Notes: generated from the sequence alone by a model not told the origin. 64,000 bases of DNA from Candidatus Cloacimonadales bacterium (GCA_963663475.2 CAXXJV010000001.1:928001-992000), one strand, 5' to 3'; positions 17,786 to 29,131 are shown, counted from the first letter of the stretch. Translations and numbers: made by a program.

Positions 17786-19450
17786 ATGAAACTTATCGAA
17801 TGCGTTCCTAATTTTAGTGAAGGTTGTGATAAGAAGATACTAGATGCTATTGCTGCTTCTATATGTTCAGTCAATAATGTAACTCTCTTAGATGTGGATC
17901 CAGGTGCAGAAACAAACCGTACTGTCTTTACCTTTGTGGGTAGTCCTGATGCCGTAATTGAAGCTGCTTTCCAAGCAATTAAAAAAGCTGGCGAGTTGAT
18001 TGATATGACTAAACATCACGGGACTCATGCTCGTATGGGGGCTACAGATGTCTGTCCTTTAATCCCTATTTCTGATGTTACTATGGAAGAATGTATTGAA
18101 TATTCCAAAAAACTTGGAAAAAGAGTGGGAGATGAACTTGGAATACCTGTTTATCTTTATGAATATTCTGCCTCTAAACCAGAATGGAAGAATCTAGCAA
18201 ATGTAAGAAAAGGTGAGTATGAAGCCCTTCCCAAGAAAATGCAAGATCCAGAATGGAAACCAGACTTTGGTCCTCATCAATTCAATGCTAAATCTGGCGC
18301 AACAGCTATCGGTGTTAGAGAATTCCTAATAGCTTATAATATTAATTTAAATACTCGTGACAAAGCTAAAGCTCATGATATCGCTCTTGATATTAGAGAG
18401 AAAGGCCGCTCTGCTCGTGATGAAAAAGGTAAATTAATCAAAGATGCTAACGGTAAAAAAGTTATGAAACCAGGATTCTTCAAAGAATGTAAGGCTGTTG
18501 GCTGGTTTATTGATGAATATGATAGAGCTCAGATTTCTATCAACTTAACTAACTATAAAATAACTCCTGTCCATGAAGTTTTAGAAAAAGTAAGACAACT
18601 AGCCCTTGCTAAGGGTATCCATGTTACAGGTTCTGAATTAGTTGGTCTTACCCCTAAAGAAGCTCTAGTTCAAGCTGGAAAATTCTACTTAAAAAGAATG
18701 GGTGAATCAGCTGGTATTCCAGAAAGAAAAATCATGGAAACTGCTGTAAAATCAATGGGATTAGATGATTTAGCTGAATTTGATTTAGATAAAAAAGTAA
18801 TCGAATATGCTATCGCAAATCCTGATAATCTGGTAAATATGACTATTACTGATTTTACAGATGAGTTATCAACAGATTCTCCTGCTCCAGGTGGTGGTTC
18901 TGTTGCAGCTGTTTGTGTAGCTATGTCTGGAGCTCTCTCTGCTATGGTTTCCAACCTTACTGTTGGTAAGAAAGGCTATGATAAAGTCCAAGAAGAAGTA
19001 AAGAAATATGCTGAAGAAGGCCAATCAATTAAAGAAAGATCAATTAGTGCGGTAGATGAAGATACTCAAGCTTTTTATGTAATGATGGATGCTATGAAAC
19101 TTCCCAAGAAGACTGATGAAGAAAAAGCAATCAGAGCTAAAGCTATGGAAGAGGCTACAAAAGACGCTATTCTTATTCCATTAAAAACTCTAGAAATCTG
19201 CTGGGATGCAGTTCAACTTGCAGAAAAAGTTGCTGTTGTAGGTAATACTAATGCCCTTTCTGATGCCGGAGTCGCTGCCCTTACTGCTAATGCTGGTGCT
19301 AAGGCTGCTTACCTTAATGTCATGATTAATATGGCTGGTATCTCTGATGAAAATTTCAAGAATGAAATTACTCAAAAAGCTAAAAATATTTGGGAAAATA
19401 CCAATAAACTAGCTTTAGCTGTAGAAGAAGATATCTTAAAAAGATTGTAA
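17786..19450 (+). CDS. ftcD: Bifunctional glutamate formimidoyltransferase/cyclodeaminase
   Basis: ECVPNFSEG, HARMGATDVCP, then PAPGGGSVAA cyclodeaminase domain. Confidence 0.93.
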   Translation: MKLIECVPNFSEGCDKKILDAIAASICSVNNVTLLDVDPGAETNRTVFTFVGSPDAVIEAAFQAIKKAGELIDMTKHHGTHARMGATDVCPLIPISDVTMEECIEYSKKLGKRVGDELGIPVYLYEYSASKPEWKNLANVRKGEYEALPKKMQDPEWKPDFGPHQFNAKSGATAIGVREFLIAYNINLNTRDKAKAHDIALDIREKGRSARDEKGKLIKDANGKKVMKPGFFKECKAVGWFIDEYDRAQISINLTNYKITPVHEVLEKVRQLALAKGIHVTGSELVGLTPKEALVQAGKFYLKRMGESAGIPERKIMETAVKSMGLDDLAEFDLDKKVIEYAIANPDNLVNMTITDFTDELSTDSPAPGGGSVAAVCVAMSGALSAMVSNLTVGKKGYDKVQEEVKKYAEEGQSIKERSISAVDEDTQAFYVMMDAMKLPKKTDEEKAIRAKAMEEATKDAILIPLKTLEICWDAVQLAEKVAVVGNTNALSDAGVAALTANAGAKAAYLNVMINMAGISDENFKNEITQKAKNIWENTNKLALAVEEDILKRL

Positions 19451-19468
19451 TTGAATAAAAAATCATAC

Positions 19469-19493
19469 AAAAGCTCGGTTATCCGAGCTTTTT
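19469..19493 (+). terminator. Intrinsic terminator after ftcD
   Basis: AAAAGCTCGG-TTAT-CCGAGCTTTTT. Confidence 0.85.
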
Positions 19494-19626
19494 GTCTTTT
19501 AAAGAATAGCCTTATAAGATTAGCCTGAGCAAAGTTGAAAAAATATCTTGACTGTTACTATCATAAAAAAAAAGATGTTAACGTTAAAATAGTATAAATT
19601 TGATTTATATAGAAAAAGGAGTTAAT

Positions 19627-19923
19627 ATGGTAAAGCTAAGATTGACTAGAATGGGTTCTAGAAACAACCCTTTCTACCGAATCGTTGCAGTTGATTCTCG
19701 TGTGAAAAGAGACGGAAAGTATATTGAGAGTGTAGGTTACTACAATCCAGTGCCTGAAGTGGCTGATATAAAAGTTGATACAGAAAAAGCCCTTAAGTGG
19801 TTAGAAGTAGGTGCACAACCTACAGATACAGTTCGCTCTATTCTTAGAAAAGCTGGTGTTTTAGAGATTTGGCACAATGCGAAGAAAAAGCAAGTTGCTG
19901 CTGCTAAACAAAGCCAAGAATAG
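19627..19923 (+). CDS. rpsP: 30S ribosomal protein S16
   Basis: [24 protein letters not shown]; start moved to the ATG after AAGGAG. Confidence 0.97.
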   Translation: MVKLRLTRMGSRNNPFYRIVAVDSRVKRDGKYIESVGYYNPVPEVADIKVDTEKALKWLEVGAQPTDTVRSILRKAGVLEIWHNAKKKQVAAAKQSQE

Positions 19924-19931
19924 GAGAAATA

Positions 19932-20162
19932 ATGAAAGATCTTATAGAATTTGTTGTTAAAGCTCTTGTTGACGACCCTTCTGAAGTAAAAATTACTGAA
20001 ATCAATGGTGATAAAATCACTCTTTTTGAACTAAGAGTTTCTAAGGATGATATCGGTAAGGTAATCGGAAAAAAGGGAAAGACTGCAGGTGCTATTCGTA
20101 CAATTCTAAATGCTGTTTCTACTAAACAAGGAAAAAGAGCAGAACTTGAAATTATCGAATAG
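19932..20162 (+). CDS. khpA: KH-domain RNA-binding protein
   Basis: DIGKVIGKKGKTAGAIR; rpsP-khpA-rimM context. Confidence 0.93.
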   Translation: MKDLIEFVVKALVDDPSEVKITEINGDKITLFELRVSKDDIGKVIGKKGKTAGAIRTILNAVSTKQGKRAELEIIE

Positions 20163-20681
20163 ATGATTGATAAAGAACTTTTAGTTATTGGCAGGTTGGG
20201 AAAGCTCATAAATGATGAGGAGCAATTCCAGTTTATTCCAAATGAAAATTTTCAACCTGCTACTTTTGATAAAGTTAATAAACTTTATTTGATCTTTACA
20301 GAGCATAGAGTGTTTTTTGTGGAAATTGAAAGGCTTACAAAACAAAACTCTAAATACTGGCTTTCTTTTAAAGATGACGGTGTTAAAGAAGAGTTTGATT
20401 TAAGAAAGTCGGCTAAACTAGCTATTCCAAAAGTTAAACATTATTCCTTAAAACAAGGGAAAGATTTTCTTGATATAAGTAATTATAAGGCGTATGATGA
20501 TGGAGAATTCTTAGGATATATTGTAGATTTTATCCTGAGTCCTGCCCATCGGATTATTGTTATAGAGGATGACCAAGGAAATGAAGTAATGATTCCTGAG
20601 GTTGATTATTATATCAAAGAAATTAATGAGTCTGAAAACATAGTATTAATGCAAAATACCCAAAGCTTGAGAGAACTATGA
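20163..20681 (+). CDS. rimM: Ribosome maturation factor RimM (divergent)
   Basis: Position between khpA and trmD; N-terminal VIGR, PRC-barrel-like C-terminus (LGYIVD..EVMIP). Confidence 0.75.
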   Translation: MIDKELLVIGRLGKLINDEEQFQFIPNENFQPATFDKVNKLYLIFTEHRVFFVEIERLTKQNSKYWLSFKDDGVKEEFDLRKSAKLAIPKVKHYSLKQGKDFLDISNYKAYDDGEFLGYIVDFILSPAHRIIVIEDDQGNEVMIPEVDYYIKEINESENIVLMQNTQSLREL

Positions 20682-21352
20682 TTGTAGATATCTTATCTCT
20701 CTTTCCTAAGATGTTTGAAAATGTTTTTTCTACAAGCATTATTGCTAAAGCCATTGCCAAAGAGACCTTAGAAATAAATCTAGTGAATTTACGAGATTTC
20801 GCCTTTACTAAAAATAGGCAAGTTGATGATTATCCTTATGGTGGTGACTCTGGAATGGTAATGAAAGTTGAGCCTGTTTTTGAAGCTTATGATTATTTGA
20901 AATGGAAGGATATACCTGTAATTTATTTTACTCCGCAAGGGCGTTTACTTAATCAAAATATTGTTAAAGAATATTTAGATAAACCAAGAATCGCTATAAT
21001 TTGTGGGCATTATAAAGAGTTGGATCAAAGAGTTAGAGATAATCTTGTTACTGATGAAATATCAATTGGAGATTTTGTCCTATCTGGTGGTGAGTTACCA
21101 GCTATGATTTTTATAGATGCAATAGCAAGATTGCAAGATGGGGTTATAAGTGATATTACCTCAGCTTTAAAAGACTCTTTTGAGGATGGCCTCTTAGGCA
21201 TTCCTCACTACACAAGACCAGCTGAATATAGAGGATTAAGAGTTCCAGATGTTCTCCTTCAAGGTAATCATAAAGAAATTCAAAAGTGGCAAGAACAACA
21301 AGCTTATAAGCTTACTAAAGAAAGAAGGCCAGATTTATTAGATGAAGAATAA
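20678..21352 (+). CDS. trmD: tRNA (guanine37-N1)-methyltransferase
   Basis: VDDYPYGG, SIGDFVLSGGELPA, YTRP. Confidence 0.97.
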   Translation: MIVDILSLFPKMFENVFSTSIIAKAIAKETLEINLVNLRDFAFTKNRQVDDYPYGGDSGMVMKVEPVFEAYDYLKWKDIPVIYFTPQGRLLNQNIVKEYLDKPRIAIICGHYKELDQRVRDNLVTDEISIGDFVLSGGELPAMIFIDAIARLQDGVISDITSALKDSFEDGLLGIPHYTRPAEYRGLRVPDVLLQGNHKEIQKWQEQQAYKLTKERRPDLLDEE

Positions 21353-21902
21353 AGTCTTTTTAGGATTAGTTCATTATCCTGTATATAATAAATTTAATGA
21401 TGTGGTTAAAACATCAATTACAAATTTAGACTTGCATGATATAGCTAGATCTTGCTTAACATTTGGAGTTAAAAAATACTTTGTCATACACCCTTTGGAG
21501 TCTATGAAAGAACTTGTAAATAAGATTATGGGCTTCTGGGAATCAGACATAGCTAAAACTTATAATAAAGATAGGGTAGATGCTTTAACTATTTTAGAGC
21601 ACGCCTACTCGATTGAAGATGCGATTAACGCAATAGTAAACCAGGAACAAGTTGCCCCAATAGTAATAACTACTACTGCTAAGAGATTAGACGAAAGTAT
21701 ATCTTTCAGTAAAATCTCTTCAGTTATTCCTGCAGATAAACCAGTTTTGCTACTTTTTGGAACTGGTAATGGACTGCATGAGGGAGTAATAAAATCTTCT
21801 GATTATATATTAGAACCTATTTCAGGACCTACTGAATATAATCACTTATCAGTCAGGAGTGCAGTAGCAATTATTCTGGATAGACTTACTTCCGAAGAAT
21901 AA
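21342..21902 (+). CDS. SPOUT-family RNA methyltransferase (TrmD-associated)
   Basis: [35 protein letters not shown]. Confidence 0.88.
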   Translation: MKNKVFLGLVHYPVYNKFNDVVKTSITNLDLHDIARSCLTFGVKKYFVIHPLESMKELVNKIMGFWESDIAKTYNKDRVDALTILEHAYSIEDAINAIVNQEQVAPIVITTTAKRLDESISFSKISSVIPADKPVLLLFGTGNGLHEGVIKSSDYILEPISGPTEYNHLSVRSAVAIILDRLTSEE

Positions 21903-21913
21903 AGGGAGGAATA

Positions 21914-22267
21914 ATGGATATTATTCAAGTTATAACCAAAGAACAAATTAGAACAGATTTACCGGAATTTAGAGTTGGTGATACCGTACAAGTTCACTAT
22001 AAAATTAAAGAAGGAAACAAAGAAAGAATCCAAGTCTTTCAAGGTATCGTTCTGCAAATTAGAGGTGCAGGAATTTCTAAGACTTTCACAGTTAGAAAAG
22101 TATCTAATGGTGTTGGCGTAGAAAGAATTTTCCCTGTTAATACACCGCTTATTGCTAAATTAGAAGTTGTTCGTTACGGACATGTTAGAAGAGCTAAATT
22201 GTATTACCTCAGAAATGCTAAAGGTAAATCAGCAAGAATTAAAGAAAAAAGAAGAGTTAGTAAATAA
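21914..22267 (+). CDS. rplS: 50S ribosomal protein L19
   Basis: [28 protein letters not shown]. Confidence 0.98.
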   Translation: MDIIQVITKEQIRTDLPEFRVGDTVQVHYKIKEGNKERIQVFQGIVLQIRGAGISKTFTVRKVSNGVGVERIFPVNTPLIAKLEVVRYGHVRRAKLYYLRNAKGKSARIKEKRRVSK

Positions 22268-22271
22268 AAAA

Positions 22272-22295
22272 TGGGAGCTTAGCTCCCTTTTTTTT
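22272..22295 (+). terminator. Intrinsic terminator after rplS
   Basis: GGGAGC-TTA-GCTCCC plus T run. Confidence 0.85.
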
Positions 22296-22334
22296 GTTAT
22301 TTCTCAATCATCATATAAACTAAGGATAAGATAG

Positions 22335-22709
22335 ATGATATATGGAATTGGAAATGATATAATAGAAGTTGATCGAATAAAAAGAGCTATTGAAAGAGAT
22401 AATGGCTTTAAAGAGAAAGTATTCTCACTTGCTGAAATAGAAGTCTGTGAAAGCAAAGCAAACAAATATCAGTCTTATGCTGCTCGTTTTGCAGCTAAAG
22501 AAGCCTTTATGAAAGCTTTTGGCTCTGGTTGGGCTGAGGGCATAGCCTGGAATGAAATAGAAGTTCTTTCCCAGGATAACGGCAAGCCTTACCTAAATTT
22601 ATTAAATAAAACTAAAAAAATAATCAATCAAGAACATGAATTTATCCTCCATGTATCCCTTAGTCATCTGAAAGAATATGCAATTGCTAATGTTATCTTG
22701 GAGAGGTAG
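22335..22709 (+). CDS. acpS: Holo-[acyl-carrier-protein] synthase
   Basis: GIGNDII, ARFAAKEAFMKA, SLSH. Confidence 0.95.
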   Translation: MIYGIGNDIIEVDRIKRAIERDNGFKEKVFSLAEIEVCESKANKYQSYAARFAAKEAFMKAFGSGWAEGIAWNEIEVLSQDNGKPYLNLLNKTKKIINQEHEFILHVSLSHLKEYAIANVILER

Positions 22710-23098
22710 ATTTAGACTATAGCTATCTCCAAAGTAGAGAGAGAAATGATTCGTCTAAAGTCCCTTACCTAGGGTTGAGGAACTCCAGTCTCCTTGTGAG
22801 AGAACCATAAATTTACTATTTTCTATTTATAAGTCCAATTAAAGCTCTACTACACTACTTGGGACCAACCCAAATAATGCAGTAAACCTTTGCGAAAAAC
22901 TCAAATTTCTTCTAGGCACTTGACTACTTTATTAATATTTTCTAGATCAATTTGGTTGAAAATAAGGTAAGAGAAAGTAGCTTCTAAATAATTATCAGGG
23001 CAATATCAGATATAACTTGACTTTAAATGCACTTATAAATATAAATGTAAATTGGAATAATATTTTTGCAAAAAAAGAAAAATGAGGTATAGATTATT

Positions 23099-23740
23099 AT
23101 GAATATTGTATTGTTCGGTATTCAGGGAAGCGGTAAAGGTACACAAGCTAAGCTGCTTTCAGAGAAATTAGCAATGAAGCATATCAATCTTGGTGAAATG
23201 TTCCGTCAAGAGATTAAGGCTGAAACCGAGATAGGTAAGATTGCTAAGGTTTATATTGACAAAGGGAACTTGGTTCCTGATGAATATGTTTATCACATGA
23301 TTGATAACTATGTTGGTTTAGGGATTAAGGGTTTGATTTTTGATGGTTTTCCACGCAACAAAGATCAGGCAGATTATTTAGTTAAACATTATCATATCGA
23401 TTTTGTTATCTATTTAGATCTTGATGATTTAGAGGCTAAGAAAAGAATTTCTGCTAGAGTAAGATGTCGTAACTGCCATCAGAACTACAACCTGCTAGCT
23501 AATGCTCCAAAGATTGAAGGAGTCTGTGATTATTGTGGTGGATCTGTTGGTCCTAGAGATGATGATACACCTGAGGCAATAGACCAAAGGTTGGCTCGTT
23601 TTCACAAAGAAACTAAGTCTTTAATAAAGTATTTTCAGAAGCATGACCTTCTTTACAAGGTTGATGCGAATGATGATATTACATTAGTTAATGAGAAAAT
23701 ATTAGATATAATTAGAAAGTATGGAAACAAAGAAATCTAA
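23099..23740 (+). CDS. adk: Adenylate kinase with Zn-binding LID
   Basis: GIQGSGKGTQ P-loop, DGFPR, CRNC/CDYC, RDDD. Confidence 0.92.
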   Translation: MNIVLFGIQGSGKGTQAKLLSEKLAMKHINLGEMFRQEIKAETEIGKIAKVYIDKGNLVPDEYVYHMIDNYVGLGIKGLIFDGFPRNKDQADYLVKHYHIDFVIYLDLDDLEAKKRISARVRCRNCHQNYNLLANAPKIEGVCDYCGGSVGPRDDDTPEAIDQRLARFHKETKSLIKYFQKHDLLYKVDANDDITLVNEKILDIIRKYGNKEI

Positions 23741-25415
23741 GAGTATCCTTTCCTTTTTGAATAGTACTATCAATATTTTAGCAGTGCTGAATTTGGTAGT
23801 ACTATTCATCCTGCCTTATTTACAAAGAGCTTCTCTCTCCCAAAATGTACTAATCTCTTATAGTTTATTAAATATAGTGGCTTATTTTGGTCAGAATTTA
23901 ACTCAAATGATTAAAAAAGGGATAAAAAATACTAATTTCTTGGATTATTTACCCTACTTAGCTATCGCAATTGGTAGTTATTTGTTACTTACAAATCCAG
24001 AATATTTCATCTTATATATATCCCTTAAACAGCTTATTATACTGATAAAGAAGTTTCTTCTCTATGCTTTTGAAGGGAGATTGTGGGGGGCAATAATCAG
24101 TAATCCTGCAATATCTTTAATGACAAGTTTCTTGTTAGTTATAGTTATTGGAGCACTACTCTTAATGTTACCTATAGCTACTGCCTCTTCCCAGACAATG
24201 AGTTTTATTGATGCTTTCTTTACTTCCACCTCTGCTACCTGTGTTACAGGCTTGATAGTAGAAGATACAGGTTCTTATTTCTCTCTCTTTGGGCAAATAG
24301 TTATCCTTGTTCTCATCCAAATTGGTGGTTTGGGTATTATGACTATTTCAACTGCTTTTGCCCTTATCTTTGGTCGGAAGCTAACTGCCAAACTTGAATT
24401 GGTTATGCAAAATGTTATGGGAGAATCAAACAGATTAAATTTATTTCAATTATTAAAATACGTTATTGCTATTACAGCAATATTCGAATTTCTAGGAGCT
24501 TTTTTATTATTTTTTACCTTCAGAACAATTTATCCTAGTCCTGTTAAAGCAGCCTATTATTCTATTTTTCATTCTGTTTCTGCATTTTGTAATGCTGGAT
24601 TTGCCCTTTATTCAGATAGTTTCGAATCATTTGCAAGTAATATAAATATAAATTTAGTAATTACGTCATTGATAATTCTAGGTGGACTTGGTTTTGTTGT
24701 TATCATGGATGTAAAAAGGAACTTATTTGGTAAGGGAAGGCTAAAAAAACTTAGTTTACACTCCAAAATAGTCATAGTCTCAACCATTTTACTAATCATC
24801 TTTGGTCTTCTAGGCTTCTTTATTTCAGAATACAATAACACTATGAAGGGTATGACTTATGGTAATAGGTTAATTACCTCTTACTTCCAATCTGTTACCT
24901 GTAGAACTGCTGGTTTTAATACTATTTCACAAGGTAATTTATCTTATAGTTCTATACTTTTATCTATCATTTTAATGTTTATTGGTGCCTCACCAGGTTC
25001 AACAGGTGGTGGTATTAAAACTACTACTTTCGCAATAATTATCTTATCAATAATTTCAATACTAACTGGGAAAAGCAATGTTTCTGCCTATAAGAAGAAG
25101 ATACCTATTCATGAGATTAAGGAAGCTATTTCCTTGATTGGTATCTCAATTGGCTTTTTAATGTTACTTTTATTTGCTTTATTCATAGTTAGTGACGGTA
25201 ACTTTCAAGAGATAACTTTTGAAGCATTTTCTGCTTTTGGAACTGTTGGCCTTTCTATGGGCTTTACTAGTAGCCTTAATTTTGCAGGGAAAATAATAAT
25301 AATACTACTAATGTACCTTGGAAGAATAGGTCCATTAACAATACTCTATGCTCTTGCTCAGAGAGCTGTTAAGAAAAGAGTTAACTACTTAGAAGAAAAT
25401 ATATCAATAGGATAG
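23721..25415 (+). CDS. Trk/Ktr potassium uptake membrane subunit (KtrB/TrkH)
   Basis: SATCVTGL, SAFCNAGF, RTAGF, SAFGTVGLS pore-loop motifs. Confidence 0.93.
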   Translation: METKKSKSILSFLNSTINILAVLNLVVLFILPYLQRASLSQNVLISYSLLNIVAYFGQNLTQMIKKGIKNTNFLDYLPYLAIAIGSYLLLTNPEYFILYISLKQLIILIKKFLLYAFEGRLWGAIISNPAISLMTSFLLVIVIGALLLMLPIATASSQTMSFIDAFFTSTSATCVTGLIVEDTGSYFSLFGQIVILVLIQIGGLGIMTISTAFALIFGRKLTAKLELVMQNVMGESNRLNLFQLLKYVIAITAIFEFLGAFLLFFTFRTIYPSPVKAAYYSIFHSVSAFCNAGFALYSDSFESFASNININLVITSLIILGGLGFVVIMDVKRNLFGKGRLKKLSLHSKIVIVSTILLIIFGLLGFFISEYNNTMKGMTYGNRLITSYFQSVTCRTAGFNTISQGNLSYSSILLSIILMFIGASPGSTGGGIKTTTFAIIILSIISILTGKSNVSAYKKKIPIHEIKEAISLIGISIGFLMLLLFALFIVSDGNFQEITFEAFSAFGTVGLSMGFTSSLNFAGKIIIILLMYLGRIGPLTILYALAQRAVKKRVNYLEENISIG

Positions 25416-25419
25416 AAGA

Positions 25420-26121
25420 ATGGCTAGATTTGTTATAATAGGTATGGGAAAATTTGGAACTGCTGTAGCAAGTACTTTAATTGCTCACGAAGCAGAAGTG
25501 ATTGGTATAGACAAAACTGAACTAGTTTTAGAGGAAATAAAAGATAGATTAACATCTGCTCTTTGTTTTGATGCTACTGATGAAATAGCGTTAAAACAAT
25601 CTGGTATCGAAGATGCCGATGCTGTTATTGTTGCTATTGGTAATAATATTCAGGCAAATATCATGACTTGTGCACTTCTTAAAAAAATAGGTATTGGTAA
25701 GATTTATGCCAAGGTTGAAGATAACCTCCACAGGAGAATCTTAGTCTCTTTAGGAATTGATGAAATCTATTTCCCAGAAGAGATTGTTGGCCAAAATCTC
25801 GCCAAGCAATTAATTCTTGAAGAAATTGATCAAATTATTGAATTATCTTCAGACCAATACTTAGCTGAATTAGTTATTCCTAAGGATTTTATAGGTAAGA
25901 AACTACAAGATCTTGACCTTTTGAAAAACTATCGTTTAAATATAGTTACTATAAAATCAAAAATTCTTAGTATAACTGAAGAAGGAGATAAGGTGATTGA
26001 AGAGAAGATAAACTCAAGTCCAGGGGCTAATGATGTTCTCAATGATGGAGATAGGATTATGCTTTTAGGATTAAGGACTAATATTGATCGATTAATTAAC
26101 GATATTAAAAAGAAAGGATAA
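25420..26121 (+). CDS. TrkA/KtrA RCK-domain regulatory subunit
   Basis: VIIGMGKFG nucleotide-binding motif; follows ktrB. Confidence 0.92.
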   Translation: MARFVIIGMGKFGTAVASTLIAHEAEVIGIDKTELVLEEIKDRLTSALCFDATDEIALKQSGIEDADAVIVAIGNNIQANIMTCALLKKIGIGKIYAKVEDNLHRRILVSLGIDEIYFPEEIVGQNLAKQLILEEIDQIIELSSDQYLAELVIPKDFIGKKLQDLDLLKNYRLNIVTIKSKILSITEEGDKVIEEKINSSPGANDVLNDGDRIMLLGLRTNIDRLINDIKKKG

Positions 26122-26126
26122 TTGAT

Positions 26127-26909
26127 ATGAAGAAACGTTCTTTTTACAAGAGTATTAATATTTCTCTATTGATAATGCTAATAACTTACATTGTGCAAGC
26201 TATTATCCTGATTTATCAATTCAATAGTGGAAATCCTCTTAATCAGATTGTTAATGATTCAAAAAATATACTTTTTTCTTTTATCATTCTCTTTATTATC
26301 TACTATATCTCTCTCATGATATACCAACCCTTGAAAATGAAAAAATCTATTAAGCAGTTACATCATATTTTTGATGAGTTTAGAAAGGGTAATTATGAGT
26401 ATGATTTAGATAGTGTAACTGAGAATATAGAAAAAGAATATAGTCCTTTGATAGAAGTTATTAAGAAAATGATGGTAAATATTATTCAGTTTGATAAACT
26501 AAAGAAAATAAAGATATCTGCCCATTTTGGTAAGATAAAGGCCTTACTCTCCCTCATGAGTGATGGAGCTTTAATTATTGATAACTCAGGTGAAATTCTC
26601 TATGTTAATGATGTCATGAAGGAAAAATTTAAAAAACTAGAGTTGGAAGAAAATAAAGATTTCTTAGATACTATTTATCCAGAATCTTTTGAAAAAACTA
26701 TAAAAAAATATGTCATGGAAGTTATCTCTAAAGGTGAGAAAAAAGATGCTTGTACAATGTTTATTCCTGAAATGAATTTGGAATTTACTATTAAATCAGC
26801 TCTTTATAAAAATAGTAATGGAGACTTCTTAGGAGCGGTCTTTGTTATTACTGACTTGCAAGAGAGAACTGAAATGATTGATAATGAAATAAGAGACTAT
26901 AACAAGTAG
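26127..26909 (+). CDS. Membrane protein with two TM, HAMP-like linker and PAS domain
   Basis: Two hydrophobic helices; LMSDGALIIDNSGEILYVN...GAVFVITD PAS signature; no kinase core. Confidence 0.75.
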   Translation: MKKRSFYKSINISLLIMLITYIVQAIILIYQFNSGNPLNQIVNDSKNILFSFIILFIIYYISLMIYQPLKMKKSIKQLHHIFDEFRKGNYEYDLDSVTENIEKEYSPLIEVIKKMMVNIIQFDKLKKIKISAHFGKIKALLSLMSDGALIIDNSGEILYVNDVMKEKFKKLELEENKDFLDTIYPESFEKTIKKYVMEVISKGEKKDACTMFIPEMNLEFTIKSALYKNSNGDFLGAVFVITDLQERTEMIDNEIRDYNK

Positions 26910-26923
26910 ATTAAGGGTGATTA

Positions 26924-27913
26924 GTGGGTAATATAATTCTGAATTTGACTTATAAAGGTAAAGAGAGTATGCGACTTGATAAATATTTAGCAAGTCTAAA
27001 TTGCGATGAACTCTACTCTCGTTCATTAATAGAGAAAATTATTAATGGGAAAAATGTTAAAGTTAATGGTATGTATGTTAAAAAAAGTTATCAACTGATG
27101 CTTAATGATTTAATAGATATTGAATTTCAAGAAGATACTTCCAAGGAGACTATTCCTGAAAATATTCCCTTAAATATTGTCTATGAAGATGATGATATTG
27201 CCATAATTAATAAACCTGAAGGTTTAGTAGTGCATCCTGGTCATGGTAACCTGACAGGAACTCTGGTTAATGGACTAGTCTATCATTTTGGTAATCAATT
27301 ATCTAATGATAGAGGAGCATCCAGACTAGGAATTGTTCATCGCATAGATAAAGGGACTTCAGGGCTGTTAATAATTGCTAAGAATAATTTAGCTCATGCT
27401 AAACTATCAGAAATGTTCAGGAAAAAAGAGATTAAAAAAATTTACAAAGCAATATTAGTAGGCCATCCTAAAGCTGATTCAGGCACTATTCAAACCTTTT
27501 TGAGGCGCAGTAAAGCTAACCCTCTAAAAATCATTGTTAGTGATTTCGGCAAAAATGCTATTACTCATTATCAAGTTGAAAAATACTACCACTATTTCTC
27601 CTTGGTAAATATTGAACTAGAAACTGGTAGAACTCACCAAATAAGAGTCCATTTCTCACATTTTAATAACCCTGTTTTAGGAGATAGACTCTATAGTAAT
27701 GTCGAAGAAGTAGGGGCTAGAATCCCAGCTAATTATAAAAAAAGATTAACTAATTTATATGATAATATCCTGATTAACCAAGCTTTACATGCATACAAAC
27801 TTGAGTTTATTCATCCCATAACTAAAAAATTCATATCAGTAAAATCAGATCTACCAGAATACTTTAGAAAAAGTCTTGCCTGGTTAGATTTGAATTTTTC
27901 TATTGATGATTAA
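26924..27913 (+). CDS. RluA/RluD-family pseudouridine synthase
   Basis: S4 domain RLDKYL, NKPEGLVVHP, HRIDKGTSG, ETGRTHQIRVH. Confidence 0.93.
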   Translation: MGNIILNLTYKGKESMRLDKYLASLNCDELYSRSLIEKIINGKNVKVNGMYVKKSYQLMLNDLIDIEFQEDTSKETIPENIPLNIVYEDDDIAIINKPEGLVVHPGHGNLTGTLVNGLVYHFGNQLSNDRGASRLGIVHRIDKGTSGLLIIAKNNLAHAKLSEMFRKKEIKKIYKAILVGHPKADSGTIQTFLRRSKANPLKIIVSDFGKNAITHYQVEKYYHYFSLVNIELETGRTHQIRVHFSHFNNPVLGDRLYSNVEEVGARIPANYKKRLTNLYDNILINQALHAYKLEFIHPITKKFISVKSDLPEYFRKSLAWLDLNFSIDD

Positions 27914-27922
27914 GGAGTAATT

Positions 27923-29131
27923 ATGTCTTATAATTTCGCAAGTATCGAAGAGGCTGTTGAAGATATTAAACAAGGTAAAATGATTATTGTTGTTGATGAT
28001 GAGGATAGAGAAAATGAGGGAGATATTATCTGTGCTGCAGAAAAGATTACCCCTCAAATGATAAACTTTATGATAAGTCATGCTAAGGGATTAGTATGTA
28101 CTCCTATGACTACTCAAGCTCTCCAGAGATTAGAAATTCCTCTCATGACCGAAGATATTACTGAAAAACAAGGGACTAAATTTACTATTTCTGTAGATGG
28201 TGCCCATAATACAACAACTGGTATTTCTGCCCAAGATAGAGCTAACACTATTCTCTCTCTAGTTGATCCTAAATCAAAAGCTGATGATTTTGTAAAACCA
28301 GGACATATATTCCCTTTAAGAGCTGAAGAGGGTGGAGTTCTAGTGAGAGCAGGTCATACTGAAGCTGCTGTTGATTTAGCAAAACTAGCCAATCTCCAAC
28401 CTATGGGGGTTATTTGTGAAATTATTAATCCAGATGGAACTATGGCTAGATTAAAAGATTTAGATGGCTATTCTCAAAAACATGGTCTAAAAATAATTAC
28501 TATTGCCGATTTAATAAAGTATAGAAAGGCAAATGAAGAGTTAGTTGAACTAATTTCTCAAGCTAATCTTCCAACTCATTTTGGCGATTTTACTATCTAC
28601 ATCTTTAGAAGTACAATCTCCAAAGAAGAACATCTTGCCATAGTTAAAGGTGATATTGGAGATGGAAAAGATATTATTGTAAGAGTCCACTCCGAATGCC
28701 TAACTGGCGATGCTCTCTTCTCTGCTAGATGTGATTGTGGCCAACAACTAGAATACGCTTACCAGAAAATTGCCCAAGAAGGAAGAGGTGTTATCCTCTA
28801 TATGAAACAAGAAGGTAGAGGAATTGGTATTGCTAATAAAATTAAAGCCTATCACTTACAAGACCATGGAAGAGATACTGTGGAAGCTAATTTAGAATTA
28901 GGCTTTGCAGAAGACTTACGAGATTATGGTATTGGAGCTCAAATGCTGGCCTATCTTGGTGTGAAAGAGATGAGACTCTTAACTAATAATCCTAAGAAAG
29001 TCGTTGGACTTGAAGGTTATGGCTTAAAGATTATTGAAAGACTTCCTATCGAAATAGAAGCAATTAAAGAAAACCACTTCTACCTAAAAACTAAAAAAGA
29101 GAAGATGGGGCATCTTTTAAATAAAGTTTAG
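27923..29131 (+). CDS. ribBA: Bifunctional DHBP synthase / GTP cyclohydrolase II
   Basis: [39 protein letters not shown]. Confidence 0.97.
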   Translation: MSYNFASIEEAVEDIKQGKMIIVVDDEDRENEGDIICAAEKITPQMINFMISHAKGLVCTPMTTQALQRLEIPLMTEDITEKQGTKFTISVDGAHNTTTGISAQDRANTILSLVDPKSKADDFVKPGHIFPLRAEEGGVLVRAGHTEAAVDLAKLANLQPMGVICEIINPDGTMARLKDLDGYSQKHGLKIITIADLIKYRKANEELVELISQANLPTHFGDFTIYIFRSTISKEEHLAIVKGDIGDGKDIIVRVHSECLTGDALFSARCDCGQQLEYAYQKIAQEGRGVILYMKQEGRGIGIANKIKAYHLQDHGRDTVEANLELGFAEDLRDYGIGAQMLAYLGVKEMRLLTNNPKKVVGLEGYGLKIIERLPIEIEAIKENHFYLKTKKEKMGHLLNKV

